DNA of 64,000 bases from Candidatus Heimdallarchaeota archaeon (GCA_019058275.1 JAHLVW010000103.1:1-64000); one strand, 5' to 3'. Numbered from the stretch's first letter, positions 1 through 10,575 are shown. Program-made: numbers and translations. The notes: a model not told the origin generated them from the letters alone.

Positions 1-152
1 CCTCTGTAATGCTCAAACTCAGTTTGAGTGGCGGTCTTTTAACGGAGGGTTTTTCCCTTCCGTCTCATTGACCCTTTTTGTAGGTGGTTTGTATAACCTC
101 GTGTAATTTTCCAGTTGGGCTAGAAAGAAGCGTGAGTTTGGAACTGTTTTTT
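1..152 (+). repeat. Repeat family R1 copy A (putative 16S rRNA 3' trailer; truncated by window edge)
   Basis: Near-identical to 7304-7453. Position 1 corresponds to the last 3 nt of the GGATCACCTCCT motif seen in copy B. Contains nested hairpins and ends in a T-tract. Confidence 0.9.
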
Positions 153-162
153 CTGGTTATTA

Positions 163-416
163 TTAGTTAACAGTTTTTCTTATTCCTTGAAATGATTCGA
201 TGAATAACAAGAACAAACTTATTGACAATAGCAAGAGAATAAATCCTATAGCTATTGGAATGTAGCTAGCATAAGGTAACCATCATATTAACCACCAATA
301 ACTTAGTTTAATTGAAATACTAGTAATAAGTAATGCTAGGGATAAAAGACTAAAACAGAATGGTTGAAAAAGCGATTATATTTATCTTTATTTTAGGTTT
401 ATCTTTCATTTTTCTT
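163..416 (-). pseudogene. 3' fragment of a paralog of the membrane protein gene 10576-11289
   Basis: Aligns by eye with 10576-10825 at high identity, with small indels. The 5' two thirds of the gene are absent. Confidence 0.9.
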
Positions 417-420
417 CTCG

Positions 421-650
421 CTATTTATCAATAGGTTCAATACTTTTTTGATAGTTTTTAGATCTCCTTTTTCTTATGGTCTTTATATTCTTCTCCTTTC
501 TTATCTTTTAATAAGTCAATTAAGTCTCGTAATGAAGCTTTTCTGGTCAAACGTAGAATTAAATCACTGAAACTCTCAGAATCTTTTTTTAGTTCTAGTA
601 GTTTTTCATAAGCGTTTTTTGAGAGTGAACTTGATTTTTAATCCTTTTTT
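421..650 (-). pseudogene. VapB-type (DUF217-like) antitoxin, start region disrupted
   Basis: Manual translation SLSKNAYEKLLELKKDSESFSDLILRLT fits the archaeal VapB pattern. An in-frame TAA lies just upstream. Not in the ORF track. Confidence 0.65.
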
Positions 651-784
651 ATCACCAAAGTCAGTTTTCTTATATTAATATATGAACTTATTGAATTTAA
701 TACATTGTATATAATTAAAACATAAAAAGAAATTTCAAGAAGATATAAAACCTACTTATAATGTTATTTTGATCATTACAAATT

Positions 785-2650
785 TTATTTTTTACCTTTC
801 TTAAATTTAGTTGCAGTGAATATACTATAAATTACAAGCATTGAAAATGTTATTATCCAAGAAAATCCTGAATTGATTTCTGTTGTACTTGTAGGATAAC
901 CTGCTTTTGTGATAAACTCTTTTGCTTTAGTAAGATTATAATTATATCTTATGATATTAGGATACAACCACATCCCCATATTAGGAAATATTGGGTAATC
1001 ATTAATGAAAAAACTTCCATTATAAACGATATTATTGATTTCTTCTCGATCTATAGCATAGGATACTGCTTTCCTAATAGCTAATCCAATTGAAATTGAA
1101 GGATCATTTATACATGGTAATCTGTTGCCAAAAAATGGTTTTGTTTCTTGTAGATTGTAAGCCAAGAGATTAAGACTAGTCTGAATCTTTCTTTGGATAT
1201 CATAATTTGGATTTATTTGATATTGGTCAATATCATGATAACTAGCAATTAAATTTAATATATCAATAGAGCCATTATTAAATTGCTCAGTAGCAGTCTC
1301 TATATTTTCAATTATTTTTATCTTTAGTTGACTTAAATTCCAATTAGTCCCGAATCTATTTACAAAATCCATTCCAGATTTATCTATTGTATCATTCAAT
1401 AACCAGCTGCTATTATAATTAATAAGTTGAATTTCACTATTAGGGATAATATTATTGACTATTAAAATACTTGTACCAAAACAGTTATCTGAGAATTTTT
1501 GCCAAGATATATGATTAATGTCTGGAGTAACACCATCAACTATTTGTGTTTGATTTAAATAATGTTCAGGAAGAATATTTTGAGTTAGTGTTGACAGGAA
1601 TCTCGGATATAGATCATTTTCAATTGTTGTTAGATCACCATCAATGAAAAAATCAATGTTATAGTCATCAATAATTGACATTTCTTCAATCCACGTATAA
1701 CCTTCAGGATTTGTTGCTAGATTTTTCCAGCAATAATAAGTGAAGAAAACATCATCAGCAGTTAAATATTCATTAGTATAAATCCCATCTGGATCTTGTT
1801 GCCATTTAATTCCTTCTCTTAGATGAAATCTTATATGTGTGTCATTTATGTATTCCCAATTTGATGCTAGATGAGGCCAAACATTTTGATAGTCGTCATA
1901 CAATATAAGAGGGTCCATTGTTAATTCATTTACAAAAGCAGAAGTAAAGTCATTCGAGAATAAAGGATTAAAATCTGTCCAATTAGATTTACTTATAATT
2001 AATTCATTAGTTGAATTTTGATTTGAATGTAAAGATGTCCATTTCATTTTACCCCAAGACTGTTTAATCCCTTCTGTGATATTGTAACCTGAAAGGGTTG
2101 ACCAAATTGCTTCATGGTACCATATACCAAATGTATACAATGCAGGATTTATCTTATCCATCAAATATTGTTGCCAATTCCAATAGTGTTGAATTCGTTC
2201 ATTTGAGTTAGGAGGCATTAAATTTCTTCCATAATCTAAATACCATTGATTCAAACCAGTATCATATGTTGAATCATAATCTAATGAAGAATCATAGGAA
2301 AAGATGTTGAGTGTACCATTTTCTCCATAAACATTTAAAAAATCAGGATCATTTCCCGATCCAACAAGACCAAAATAGCTTATGTCAAAATTTTTAAAAA
2401 ATAATATTTCATTTATGAAATCTGACCCACTTAAGAATTCAGCTTCAATATTTATACCAATTTCCTGAAGCTGGTTCTTAATCAAATTTGCTATTTCCCT
2501 ATGATAATCAAAATCCCTCATCTTCAATACAAGTGTAAAATATGTGTCAGAAGTAACTGCATCATAAGTTATACTTTGATAAGGTGATAAAAAGAGCATC
2601 ATGTATAAGGTAATAATAATATAATTCTTACATTTAAACAATCTTCTCAT
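785..2650 (-). CDS. ABC transporter family-5 (peptide/nickel) solute-binding protein, apparently circularly permuted, C-terminal membrane anchor
   Basis: Motifs PHLASNWE, FHLREGIKW, LTADDVFFT, IRKAVSYAIDR, YNLTKAKEFITKAG. Signal peptide, C-terminal TM and basic tail. Confidence 0.85.
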   Translation of the reverse strand: MRRLFKCKNYIIITLYMMLFLSPYQSITYDAVTSDTYFTLVLKMRDFDYHREIANLIKNQLQEIGINIEAEFLSGSDFINEILFFKNFDISYFGLVGSGNDPDFLNVYGENGTLNIFSYDSSLDYDSTYDTGLNQWYLDYGRNLMPPNSNERIQHYWNWQQYLMDKINPALYTFGIWYHEAIWSTLSGYNITEGIKQSWGKMKWTSLHSNQNSTNELIISKSNWTDFNPLFSNDFTSAFVNELTMDPLILYDDYQNVWPHLASNWEYINDTHIRFHLREGIKWQQDPDGIYTNEYLTADDVFFTYYCWKNLATNPEGYTWIEEMSIIDDYNIDFFIDGDLTTIENDLYPRFLSTLTQNILPEHYLNQTQIVDGVTPDINHISWQKFSDNCFGTSILIVNNIIPNSEIQLINYNSSWLLNDTIDKSGMDFVNRFGTNWNLSQLKIKIIENIETATEQFNNGSIDILNLIASYHDIDQYQINPNYDIQRKIQTSLNLLAYNLQETKPFFGNRLPCINDPSISIGLAIRKAVSYAIDREEINNIVYNGSFFINDYPIFPNMGMWLYPNIIRYNYNLTKAKEFITKAGYPTSTTEINSGFSWIITFSMLVIYSIFTATKFKKGKK

Positions 2651-2870
2651 TTTCCCACCTATGTGATATATTCCACTTTTAGTTATTTAAATTTAAAGTA
2701 TTTTTTATAAATCTTTTTCAGATAATACTAGTAAAATAATACCGTTTGAATAATATCTGATAAAGTTAAACATAATTCATTAAATAACAATAAAATTTGT
2801 ATATTCTAGCAATAAACTAACAAGTATTAGAATTCATATGTAATTACTCATCTTATGGAAAAGTAAATGG

Positions 2871-3281
2871 GTGGGATTGTTGAAAAAAAAGCAACTTATG
2901 AAGAGAACACTCTTATTTTTATTTCTAATCGGGTTATTTGTTGGTTGTATCTCAATTATGCATGTCAAAGCGAGTGGATCACGATATTATTGTGGATATG
3001 TGTTAGATCGTGTTACACATAGGTCAATAAAAGACGTTTATGTGACATTATGGGTGTCAGTTTTTCCAGACCCAACACATGGAGAAATAAGGGATTCTGA
3101 TTATACAAACAGTTTAGGATATTACTACGTTTCATGGTCACCATGGTTACCAGGAAATAATATCTATAGTGTTTTTATTCATTATGAAAAAGATGGATAT
3201 ATGTCTAGATGGATCGAACTTGAATATCCTGAGCACCCCGGTGGATTATTACCTTTAATGTATTTAAGACACTATTATTGA
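2871..3281 (+). CDS. Small secreted protein, carboxypeptidase-regulatory/transthyretin-like fold
   Basis: Signal peptide, then G-x-V-x-D...V-T-L...T-N-S-L-G-Y-Y...K-D-G-Y pattern. Confidence 0.55.
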   Translation: MGLLKKKQLMKRTLLFLFLIGLFVGCISIMHVKASGSRYYCGYVLDRVTHRSIKDVYVTLWVSVFPDPTHGEIRDSDYTNSLGYYYVSWSPWLPGNNIYSVFIHYEKDGYMSRWIELEYPEHPGGLLPLMYLRHYY

Positions 3282-3444
3282 TTCTTAAATACCCTTTTCT
3301 TTTTTTTCTATCATATATTAGTTCTTATTTAAATAAATTAATAATAAAATATTAATTAAATAAAAAAAAATACTGAACTTTTGTTTTTAATTATTAAATA
3401 TTAATATAAAAATATTATAAAGTAACTAGTTATAATAAACACTC

Positions 3445-6297
3445 GTGATAGTGATGGGGTTTGGGTATTACTGTAAAATTGCTTTATTAAACATTTGGAA
3501 TGGGAGAAGAAACGCTATAATATATTTCGTTGGAATAACAATTGCTATAACTACTATTACATCAATAAATATGTGGGTAACAGCATCTGAATCGTTTGTT
3601 ATTCATGATTTTGTTGAAGAGCTGGATTATGAATTAAAGGTAAGAACATTTGACACTGAAAAAATATCTCAAGTACAAAATTGGTTAAACAATGAGTCAT
3701 TAATAAGCACAACTGATAAACTCTACTACAATTTAGCATTCTTTAATGCTGAAGATAAAAGTCCTTTCTATAATTTTTTTCCATTTGATAATCAAGATGA
3801 TATGAATGATCGTGTGTCAATGTCCACCTTATTATTGTTCCCAAGAAATGCTATTTCTAGGATTGCTAATCAATTCACTGTAATGGGAGAATTTGTTTTA
3901 GAAGTTAATGAAGTATTAATTAGTGAACATCATGCTAATATACTTGAAATTGTATATGGTCAACCAATTTATCCCGGAATGGCTTTAAATTTAAGTGTTT
4001 GTAAACAAAGTACTTGGGGAGGAATTTATCTCTTCCAATACTCACCAAGACATTTCTATAACATTACTGTTAAGGGAATCTATAAGATAAAACCAACTAC
4101 ATCAATGTTACAAGAATCATTCTCAATGGACTTTCTTGAGGATTCTATTATTTTCTTAAAAGAAAATCTAATCAAAGTAGATATTGAACAAATGGAAGAT
4201 AATGGTCTTATCCCATTTGTTGTAGCTAAAAGCAATTCGGATCTTTTGATGGAAGATGGTGTTCAAGGAATCATACCAAAATTGGATGACATTCAGTTAA
4301 GGTTAGTTACTTCATTTACAAATGTATTTTCCACAATTTTAGATACACCATTTAGTATTCTTTCACAAGAATATATCAGATCAAAAATGGTTTATATCAT
4401 AATGCTGCCTGTTATTGTTTTAGGATTAATGCAAGCAGTACTTACTTCATTCAATGTACTGGAAAGTCGAAAGAAACAAATGGCAATTTTCATTGATCGA
4501 GGTGGACAAAAAGGGCAAATACTCACATTCTTTTTATTAGAATTCATAATTATAACTATCATTGCAATTGCTTTCTCAATTTTGAGTTCATATTTGTTAG
4601 CTCCAATAATTCCTTCATTTACTCAATCAAGTTTTTCTAGTAGTAAATATTTGTTTTATTTGACACGATTACAATTTCCAGTAATTCCATTAATTTTATC
4701 CTCAGTAGCTATAATTGTTCTTTCATCAGTCTTCGTTCTAATTAAAGTAAATAGACTATATTCCGAAAACAAACTTTCAGAAAGATCAATTGAATTCAGA
4801 AAAAAATTAGAGAAAAATGTATCCTTAATACTCTTAGGAATTATTGCTGTGACATTAATAACTATTCTTATTATGTTAATTATACCATTTAAACAAGAAA
4901 TTTCTGATATTTACTACTTTTCAACACAACAAACGAAAGTAGCAGCATATATCTTGGCATTACTATTAACACTACAAATGATAATTGTCATTTTTGCTTC
5001 AGTTGGATCATTCAAAATATTCGGATCACTGGGAAAGTTATATGCTAGAATTTTCAAACACAATTCACTTTTTTTAACACATAATTTCAGACGAACAAAA
5101 CATAAGTTAAATACATTATTTATTATTATAATAATGTTGAGTAGCTCAATATTTTTCTCACTAATAATATTAGCAACCTTACAAAATAACGAAAAAGTAT
5201 CTGACTATTACAATAATGGTTCAGATATACGCGTAGAGACCATTAAGACAAGCGATGATTTCTATGAAAATATCACCAATATCAATGGCATAGAAGAAGC
5301 CATGCCTATTTATCAAATAACAGGGCAACATGGTTATGATGTTTTAACTATATATGGCATTAATCCAGAAAAGTATGCAAGAATTGGTCGATGGGATGAG
5401 AGTAGCTTTAGAAATGATTTAGCACCTATAGAAAAAAGTGGTTACACATTTACTCAATGGCTTTCGGAATTAGAAAATCAACACTATGGAGTATTTATTA
5501 GCGATAGATTGGCAAAGAAGCATGAGTTGTCAATTGGTGAAATTATAACCATACATCAAATACAAACAGAAACAACAATTGGAGATGATACATTTATTAT
5601 TGTTGGAATAATTCATTCTGCTCCTGGATTAGGATTAGCATCAGGAAAAAACATGATAATGAATCAATTAAGTGAAGAATATATTCTTATTAGTGATTGG
5701 AAAATGCAACAGGATTATGAAGTTAAGATTGCAAGATTATTTTTTGCTAAAACAATGGGAAATTTCCCCTTAAATCAAATTGAAGAAGAAATTGCTTTAC
5801 TAGATCCGGTTGTTGAAATAAACCATCCTTCATCTGAAGGATCAGTAACAGAATTCATAGATGAATTTATTCCAAAATTATCAAACTTCATCTTTGCACA
5901 ATTGACTTTTCTTTTTATCATTGGAACATTAACCATTGTTACAAATACTATTTTTATACTAAATCAAAGAAAGCAAAACATTGCGATTATGCTTGCTTTA
6001 GGAAAAACTTATTGTAGTGTATTAAAACTTATCATTTTGGAATTAATAATTCTTATCATAAGTGGAATTATTGTTGGCTTATTAATAAGTTTGCCAGTGG
6101 TTTATTTAACAATTCATTTAGCACAACCTTTCTTAGCAAATTACATTATTATCCCCTTCAATGTGGCTTTCAACCATTTATGGATGATAATATCAACTAC
6201 AGTAATAATAGGTTTAGTTTTTGTACCAATAATCCCTTTCTTATCGAGATTCAGAAAACAAAAGTTAGTAGAAAGTATATATCATAAATGGTTGTAA
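3445..6297 (+). CDS. FtsX/MacB-like ABC permease (duplicated domain)
   Basis: Two FtsX-like units (RKKQMAIFIDRGG; RKQNIAIMLALG) with large extracellular loops. Confidence 0.8.
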   Translation: MIVMGFGYYCKIALLNIWNGRRNAIIYFVGITIAITTITSINMWVTASESFVIHDFVEELDYELKVRTFDTEKISQVQNWLNNESLISTTDKLYYNLAFFNAEDKSPFYNFFPFDNQDDMNDRVSMSTLLLFPRNAISRIANQFTVMGEFVLEVNEVLISEHHANILEIVYGQPIYPGMALNLSVCKQSTWGGIYLFQYSPRHFYNITVKGIYKIKPTTSMLQESFSMDFLEDSIIFLKENLIKVDIEQMEDNGLIPFVVAKSNSDLLMEDGVQGIIPKLDDIQLRLVTSFTNVFSTILDTPFSILSQEYIRSKMVYIIMLPVIVLGLMQAVLTSFNVLESRKKQMAIFIDRGGQKGQILTFFLLEFIIITIIAIAFSILSSYLLAPIIPSFTQSSFSSSKYLFYLTRLQFPVIPLILSSVAIIVLSSVFVLIKVNRLYSENKLSERSIEFRKKLEKNVSLILLGIIAVTLITILIMLIIPFKQEISDIYYFSTQQTKVAAYILALLLTLQMIIVIFASVGSFKIFGSLGKLYARIFKHNSLFLTHNFRRTKHKLNTLFIIIIMLSSSIFFSLIILATLQNNEKVSDYYNNGSDIRVETIKTSDDFYENITNINGIEEAMPIYQITGQHGYDVLTIYGINPEKYARIGRWDESSFRNDLAPIEKSGYTFTQWLSELENQHYGVFISDRLAKKHELSIGEIITIHQIQTETTIGDDTFIIVGIIHSAPGLGLASGKNMIMNQLSEEYILISDWKMQQDYEVKIARLFFAKTMGNFPLNQIEEEIALLDPVVEINHPSSEGSVTEFIDEFIPKLSNFIFAQLTFLFIIGTLTIVTNTIFILNQRKQNIAIMLALGKTYCSVLKLIILELIILIISGIIVGLLISLPVVYLTIHLAQPFLANYIIIPFNVAFNHLWMIISTTVIIGLVFVPIIPFLSRFRKQKLVESIYHKWL

Positions 6298-6299
6298 TA

Positions 6300-7008
6300 A
6301 TTTATGTTTTTGTTCTCACAACCTAGCTTCTTTTTATACAGATACTGAAAGATATTGAGAAGCAATTTATTGTCAAAAACGAATTCTTGAATTAAATCCT
6401 GAAAACTTTAATTCTCTAGCTAGTGTTGGTTTCCATTCATTACAGTTAAATGAATCGAAAAGATCAAAACTTCACTATCTGAAAGCTTTGAAGTTAGATC
6501 CAACCAACTATTTTATTTTGCAATTTCTAGTAAAGTTGTACTTGGTAGATTAGGACTTTCATAGAGCACTTACTTTTCTGTATCATTCATTAGTTCATTT
6601 TCCTGACGAACCTAAAATTCTGTTTGATCTGGTTTATGTAATAGCAAACTTGAAATAAGATGATAAAGTAATAGATTTTCTATAACAATGCTTGAGCATT
6701 GCTCCTGAATACTTTCTAAGAATAGATCGAGAATCCATTTTCCGACTTTTACTAAAGCATCTGAAATGTCATTACAAAAATTGGGTTATATTGAATCTAT
6801 TTCCTATTTAGATTTCAGTCTTTTAGAAAAGGTAAAGGATAATATAGAAAAAGAAAAACAAAATCAATTTGGTAAACTAATCACATTTGAAGATTTTTTG
6901 AAAAACCATTGGGAGCATTTAATAGTTATAATTCTTAGTGTTTTAGTTGGTAGTATTTTAGGTGCAATAATCACTATTCTTACAAATTATTTCGGACTTG
7001 TGAAATAA
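6300..7008 (+). pseudogene. Degraded TPR protein with C-terminal TM; last fragment is ORF 6766-7008
   Basis: Broken-frame fragments AIYCQKRILELNPENF and LHYLKALKLDPTNY are TPR-like. Confidence 0.55.
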
Positions 7009-7291
7009 AATATTAAAATCTATATTTTGATTGTCCGTACAAGAAAATAATTTGTTTTTAATTGTACTTATCAAACAGCAACACTTCTAATTAGAGTATC
7101 GAAGAGTTAGGAAAACAAATTAACCATTAAGGCTATTGAAATTATTAAATTGAAAAACTTGCTTTTTCCCACAATCATTCCTCACTTTTACAATGATCGC
7201 TTTTTATTTTTAAGCTTATAATTTTTCACACTCAATCTTTTTTGTTAAAAGAAGTATTTTTATAAGGAAAACTAACCTAGTAAAAGATTTA

Positions 7292-7453
7292 GCTGGATCA
7301 CCTCCTCTGTAATGCTCAAACTCAGTTTGAGTGGCGGTCTTAAAACAGAGGGTTTTTCCCTTCCGTCTCATTGACCTTTATGTAGGTGGTTTGTATAACC
7401 TCGTGTAATTTTTCAGTTGGGCTAGAAGTAGTGCGAGTTTGAAACTGTTTTTT
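7292..7453 (+). repeat. Repeat R1 copy B, starting with the 15-nt 16S rRNA 3'-terminal sequence
   Basis: GCTGGATCACCTCCT at 7292-7306 followed by a ~150-nt match to 1-152. The upstream sequence is not rRNA-like. Confidence 0.9.
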
Positions 7454-7603
7454 TATTCATTTTGTGATTCAAAAAATCAATATTGGAATGTGAAAAAATA
7501 GCTGTTTGTTATTTATTATACACTCATTTTATATTGAATAGAATTCATTATTTATGATATTGAGAAATATCTTATCATTAGATTCGATGCACAAGGGATT
7601 TTT

Positions 7604-10555
7604 ATGTCAGATGAGAATTTCTATTTGGATTATAAACCCAAATACAAAATATTTCATGAATTAATGGCTAAAAGAATAAAAAACATACTGTTAGTTTCAA
7701 GTATTTATGACAGCTTCATGCTTGAAGAAGATGGTCGTCTTTCTGATCAAGTATATGAAGAATTTCAAAATCTCAATCTACGAACCCTCCCACGCATTAC
7801 CCATGTGTCATCAGCTCAAGAAGCATTAGTATTGCTTAAAGAAAATCAATTCGACCTTGTTATAACAATGTTAAGACTAGGAGATATCGATGCTTTTACA
7901 TTTGGTCAAAATGTAAAGAAAATCCAAGACATTCCTGTTGTTCTTTTATTGAGTAGCGTTGTTGAAACAAATTATCTCCCTGAAATGAACAATCGTAAAG
8001 GAATCGATCGAATTTTTGCCTGGAATGGTGATTCAAAGATCTTTGTTGCTATTATTAAAAACCTTGAGGATCAATACAATGTTGATTATGATACTACAAA
8101 AGGATCAGTAAGGCTATTCATCTTAGTTGAAGATTCAATACGTTTCTATTCTTTGATGTTACCTGAGCTCTATTCCGAAATTATGAAACAAACCCATCAA
8201 TTACTTGTCGAAGGTACAACCGATTTTCAAGATCTCATGCAACTGAGAGCAAGACCAAAGATATTATTGGCTCAAACCTATGAAGAAGCAATAAGCTATT
8301 TTAAGAAATATAAAGAACATATTTTAGGAATTATATCTGATATTGAATATCCTCGCAAAGGTACTTTGGATAAAAATGCCGGTTTTACATTTGCTAAAGA
8401 AATCATAAAAAATACAATAAATATGCCAATTGCATTAACATCAACGAAACTTGAATATAAACAACAAGCATTCGATCACAAATGTTCCTTTATACATAAA
8501 GGTTCACAATTTCTAGTTTGGCATATTCGACAGTGGATTCTTGAGAATGTGGGATTTGGAAATTTCGTTTTTAAATTACCCAATGGGGAAGTTGTTGGTA
8601 GAGCTAGAAACATTATAGATTTTTATCATCAAATTAAAACAATCCCAATTGAATCATTAATTTATCATGGAAAAAATGATCAATTTTCAAATTGGTTAAA
8701 TGCTCGAGGAGAGTTTGAGATTGCTCGTCAGCTTAAACCTCGTAAAGTGTCGGAATTTACAACCAATGAGGATCTACGAACCTTTCTAATTAATATCATT
8801 GAAAAAATTGTCTTTGAGAGAACAAGAGGTATCATAAATGACTTCAATCGTGAAAATTACCATCCTGAAATGCTTTTCATAAGATTAAGACCCGGTTCTC
8901 TAGGTGGAAAAGGTCGAGGTCTTGCGTTTCTCATGTATCTTATTAGCAAGTATTATCATGAAGAAGAATTTCCAGATGTAACTTTACAAATACCAAAAAC
9001 TATAGTGATTGGGACAAGCGAGTTTGATAAATTTATAGAAGATAATAATCTCTTTGAATTTGCACTATCAGATGCTTCAGATGAGGAAATTAGGGAAAAA
9101 TTTATTGCTTCAAAACTCTCAAGCGAACTTCGCAATGATATAGAGTTTCTAGTTAGAGATATTACACAACCATTAGCAATTCGCTCTTCAAGTCTTCTTG
9201 AAGATTCAGCTTATCAACCATTTGCAGGAATTTTCAATACCTATATGATTCCTAATAATGATGACAGCTTGAAGAAAAGAATAGAGCAAATCTTTACAGC
9301 AATTAAATTGGTATATGCTTCTCCCTTTTTAAGAAAAGCAAAATCCTATGCTAAATCTGTTGGACAAACTATTGAAGAAGCGAAAATGGCTGTGGTTATT
9401 CAGATTGTTGTAGGAAATGAACACAATAATAGATACTATCCTGATTTCTCAGGGACAGCATCTTCTTATAATTATTATCCTATTGGGGAATACATGAAAC
9501 CTGAAGATAGAATTGCTCATCTAGCTTTGGGTTTAGGAAAAATCGTTGTAGAGGGTGGAGAAACTTTAAGATTTTGTCCGAATTGCCCAAAAATTAACTT
9601 CTTCTCAACGCCAGATCATATGTTAAAAAATAGTCAGAAATATTATTATGGTGTTAATCTTGGTCAATCTGATTTCAATATTCATTTAGATGATCCATTC
9701 TTGACGAAATTTGATTTAGGTGATGCAATTGAGGATAAGACGTTAGAATCCATAGCAGATAATTATGATTTTAATTCTCAATCATTAAAAATTGGTTATC
9801 ATAGCGAAGGTTCTCCAGTTATAACCTTTAGTAAGCACCTGAAATTAGGAATTTTTCCAATAGCTGAACTAGTAGCTAGGATCATGGAACTTGGTGAAAA
9901 AGCAATAGGTAACTCTATTGAAATAGAATTTGCTGGAAATTTTAGAAAAACTTCGAAAGAGAAACATTCCTTTAATCTCTTACAAATACGTCCATTTTTA
10001 CGACGAGAAGCTCTAATAGAAAAAATCGAGAAAGTAGAAAAAAACAGAAGTTTTGTATATTCAACGCAAATATCTGGAAATCTCATTAGAAAAGATATCG
10101 AGCATATTGTCTATATTAAACCAGATGCTTTTGATAATCTTCAAACATTAAAAATCGTTCAAGAAATAAATGCAATGAATGAATTACTAACAAAAGAAAA
10201 AATCCCCTATATTCTAATTGGATTTGGTAGATGGGGAACAGCAGATAGATTTCTAGGAATTCCAGTGAAATGGAATGATATTTCTGGAGTTAAAGTAATG
10301 GTTGAGGCTTCATTAAAGAATTTCCAAATTGACTTCTCACAAGGAAGCCATTTCTTTCAGAATATAATTACTTCTAATATTGGTTATTTCTATATAGATT
10401 TCAAATCTGATGAACATATCCTAGATTGGGAGTGGTTATCTAAACAGAAAACAATTACTGATAAAAAATATGTTCGACATGTTAAAACAAAAAAACCTTT
10501 AATTATTAAGGTAGATGGAAAAACAAGAGAAGGTATAATTATTAAACCTAAATAA
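7604..10555 (+). CDS. Receiver-domain + PEP synthase/PPDK N-terminal (ATP-grasp) domain protein
   Basis: GSLGGKGRG, LAIRSSSLLED, FAG, MAVVIQ, EIEFA and LLQIRP motifs. N-terminal REC-like segments. No C-terminal PEP-binding barrel. Confidence 0.85.
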   Translation: MSDENFYLDYKPKYKIFHELMAKRIKNILLVSSIYDSFMLEEDGRLSDQVYEEFQNLNLRTLPRITHVSSAQEALVLLKENQFDLVITMLRLGDIDAFTFGQNVKKIQDIPVVLLLSSVVETNYLPEMNNRKGIDRIFAWNGDSKIFVAIIKNLEDQYNVDYDTTKGSVRLFILVEDSIRFYSLMLPELYSEIMKQTHQLLVEGTTDFQDLMQLRARPKILLAQTYEEAISYFKKYKEHILGIISDIEYPRKGTLDKNAGFTFAKEIIKNTINMPIALTSTKLEYKQQAFDHKCSFIHKGSQFLVWHIRQWILENVGFGNFVFKLPNGEVVGRARNIIDFYHQIKTIPIESLIYHGKNDQFSNWLNARGEFEIARQLKPRKVSEFTTNEDLRTFLINIIEKIVFERTRGIINDFNRENYHPEMLFIRLRPGSLGGKGRGLAFLMYLISKYYHEEEFPDVTLQIPKTIVIGTSEFDKFIEDNNLFEFALSDASDEEIREKFIASKLSSELRNDIEFLVRDITQPLAIRSSSLLEDSAYQPFAGIFNTYMIPNNDDSLKKRIEQIFTAIKLVYASPFLRKAKSYAKSVGQTIEEAKMAVVIQIVVGNEHNNRYYPDFSGTASSYNYYPIGEYMKPEDRIAHLALGLGKIVVEGGETLRFCPNCPKINFFSTPDHMLKNSQKYYYGVNLGQSDFNIHLDDPFLTKFDLGDAIEDKTLESIADNYDFNSQSLKIGYHSEGSPVITFSKHLKLGIFPIAELVARIMELGEKAIGNSIEIEFAGNFRKTSKEKHSFNLLQIRPFLRREALIEKIEKVEKNRSFVYSTQISGNLIRKDIEHIVYIKPDAFDNLQTLKIVQEINAMNELLTKEKIPYILIGFGRWGTADRFLGIPVKWNDISGVKVMVEASLKNFQIDFSQGSHFFQNIITSNIGYFYIDFKSDEHILDWEWLSKQKTITDKKYVRHVKTKKPLIIKVDGKTREGIIIKPK

Positions 10556-10575
10556 ATTGTTGTGTTTTTTGGCTA

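Noticed and set aside
7292-7306. 16S rRNA gene
   Set aside because: Only the last 15 nt match. The upstream sequence is AT-rich and not rRNA-like, so no rRNA gene is called inside the window.
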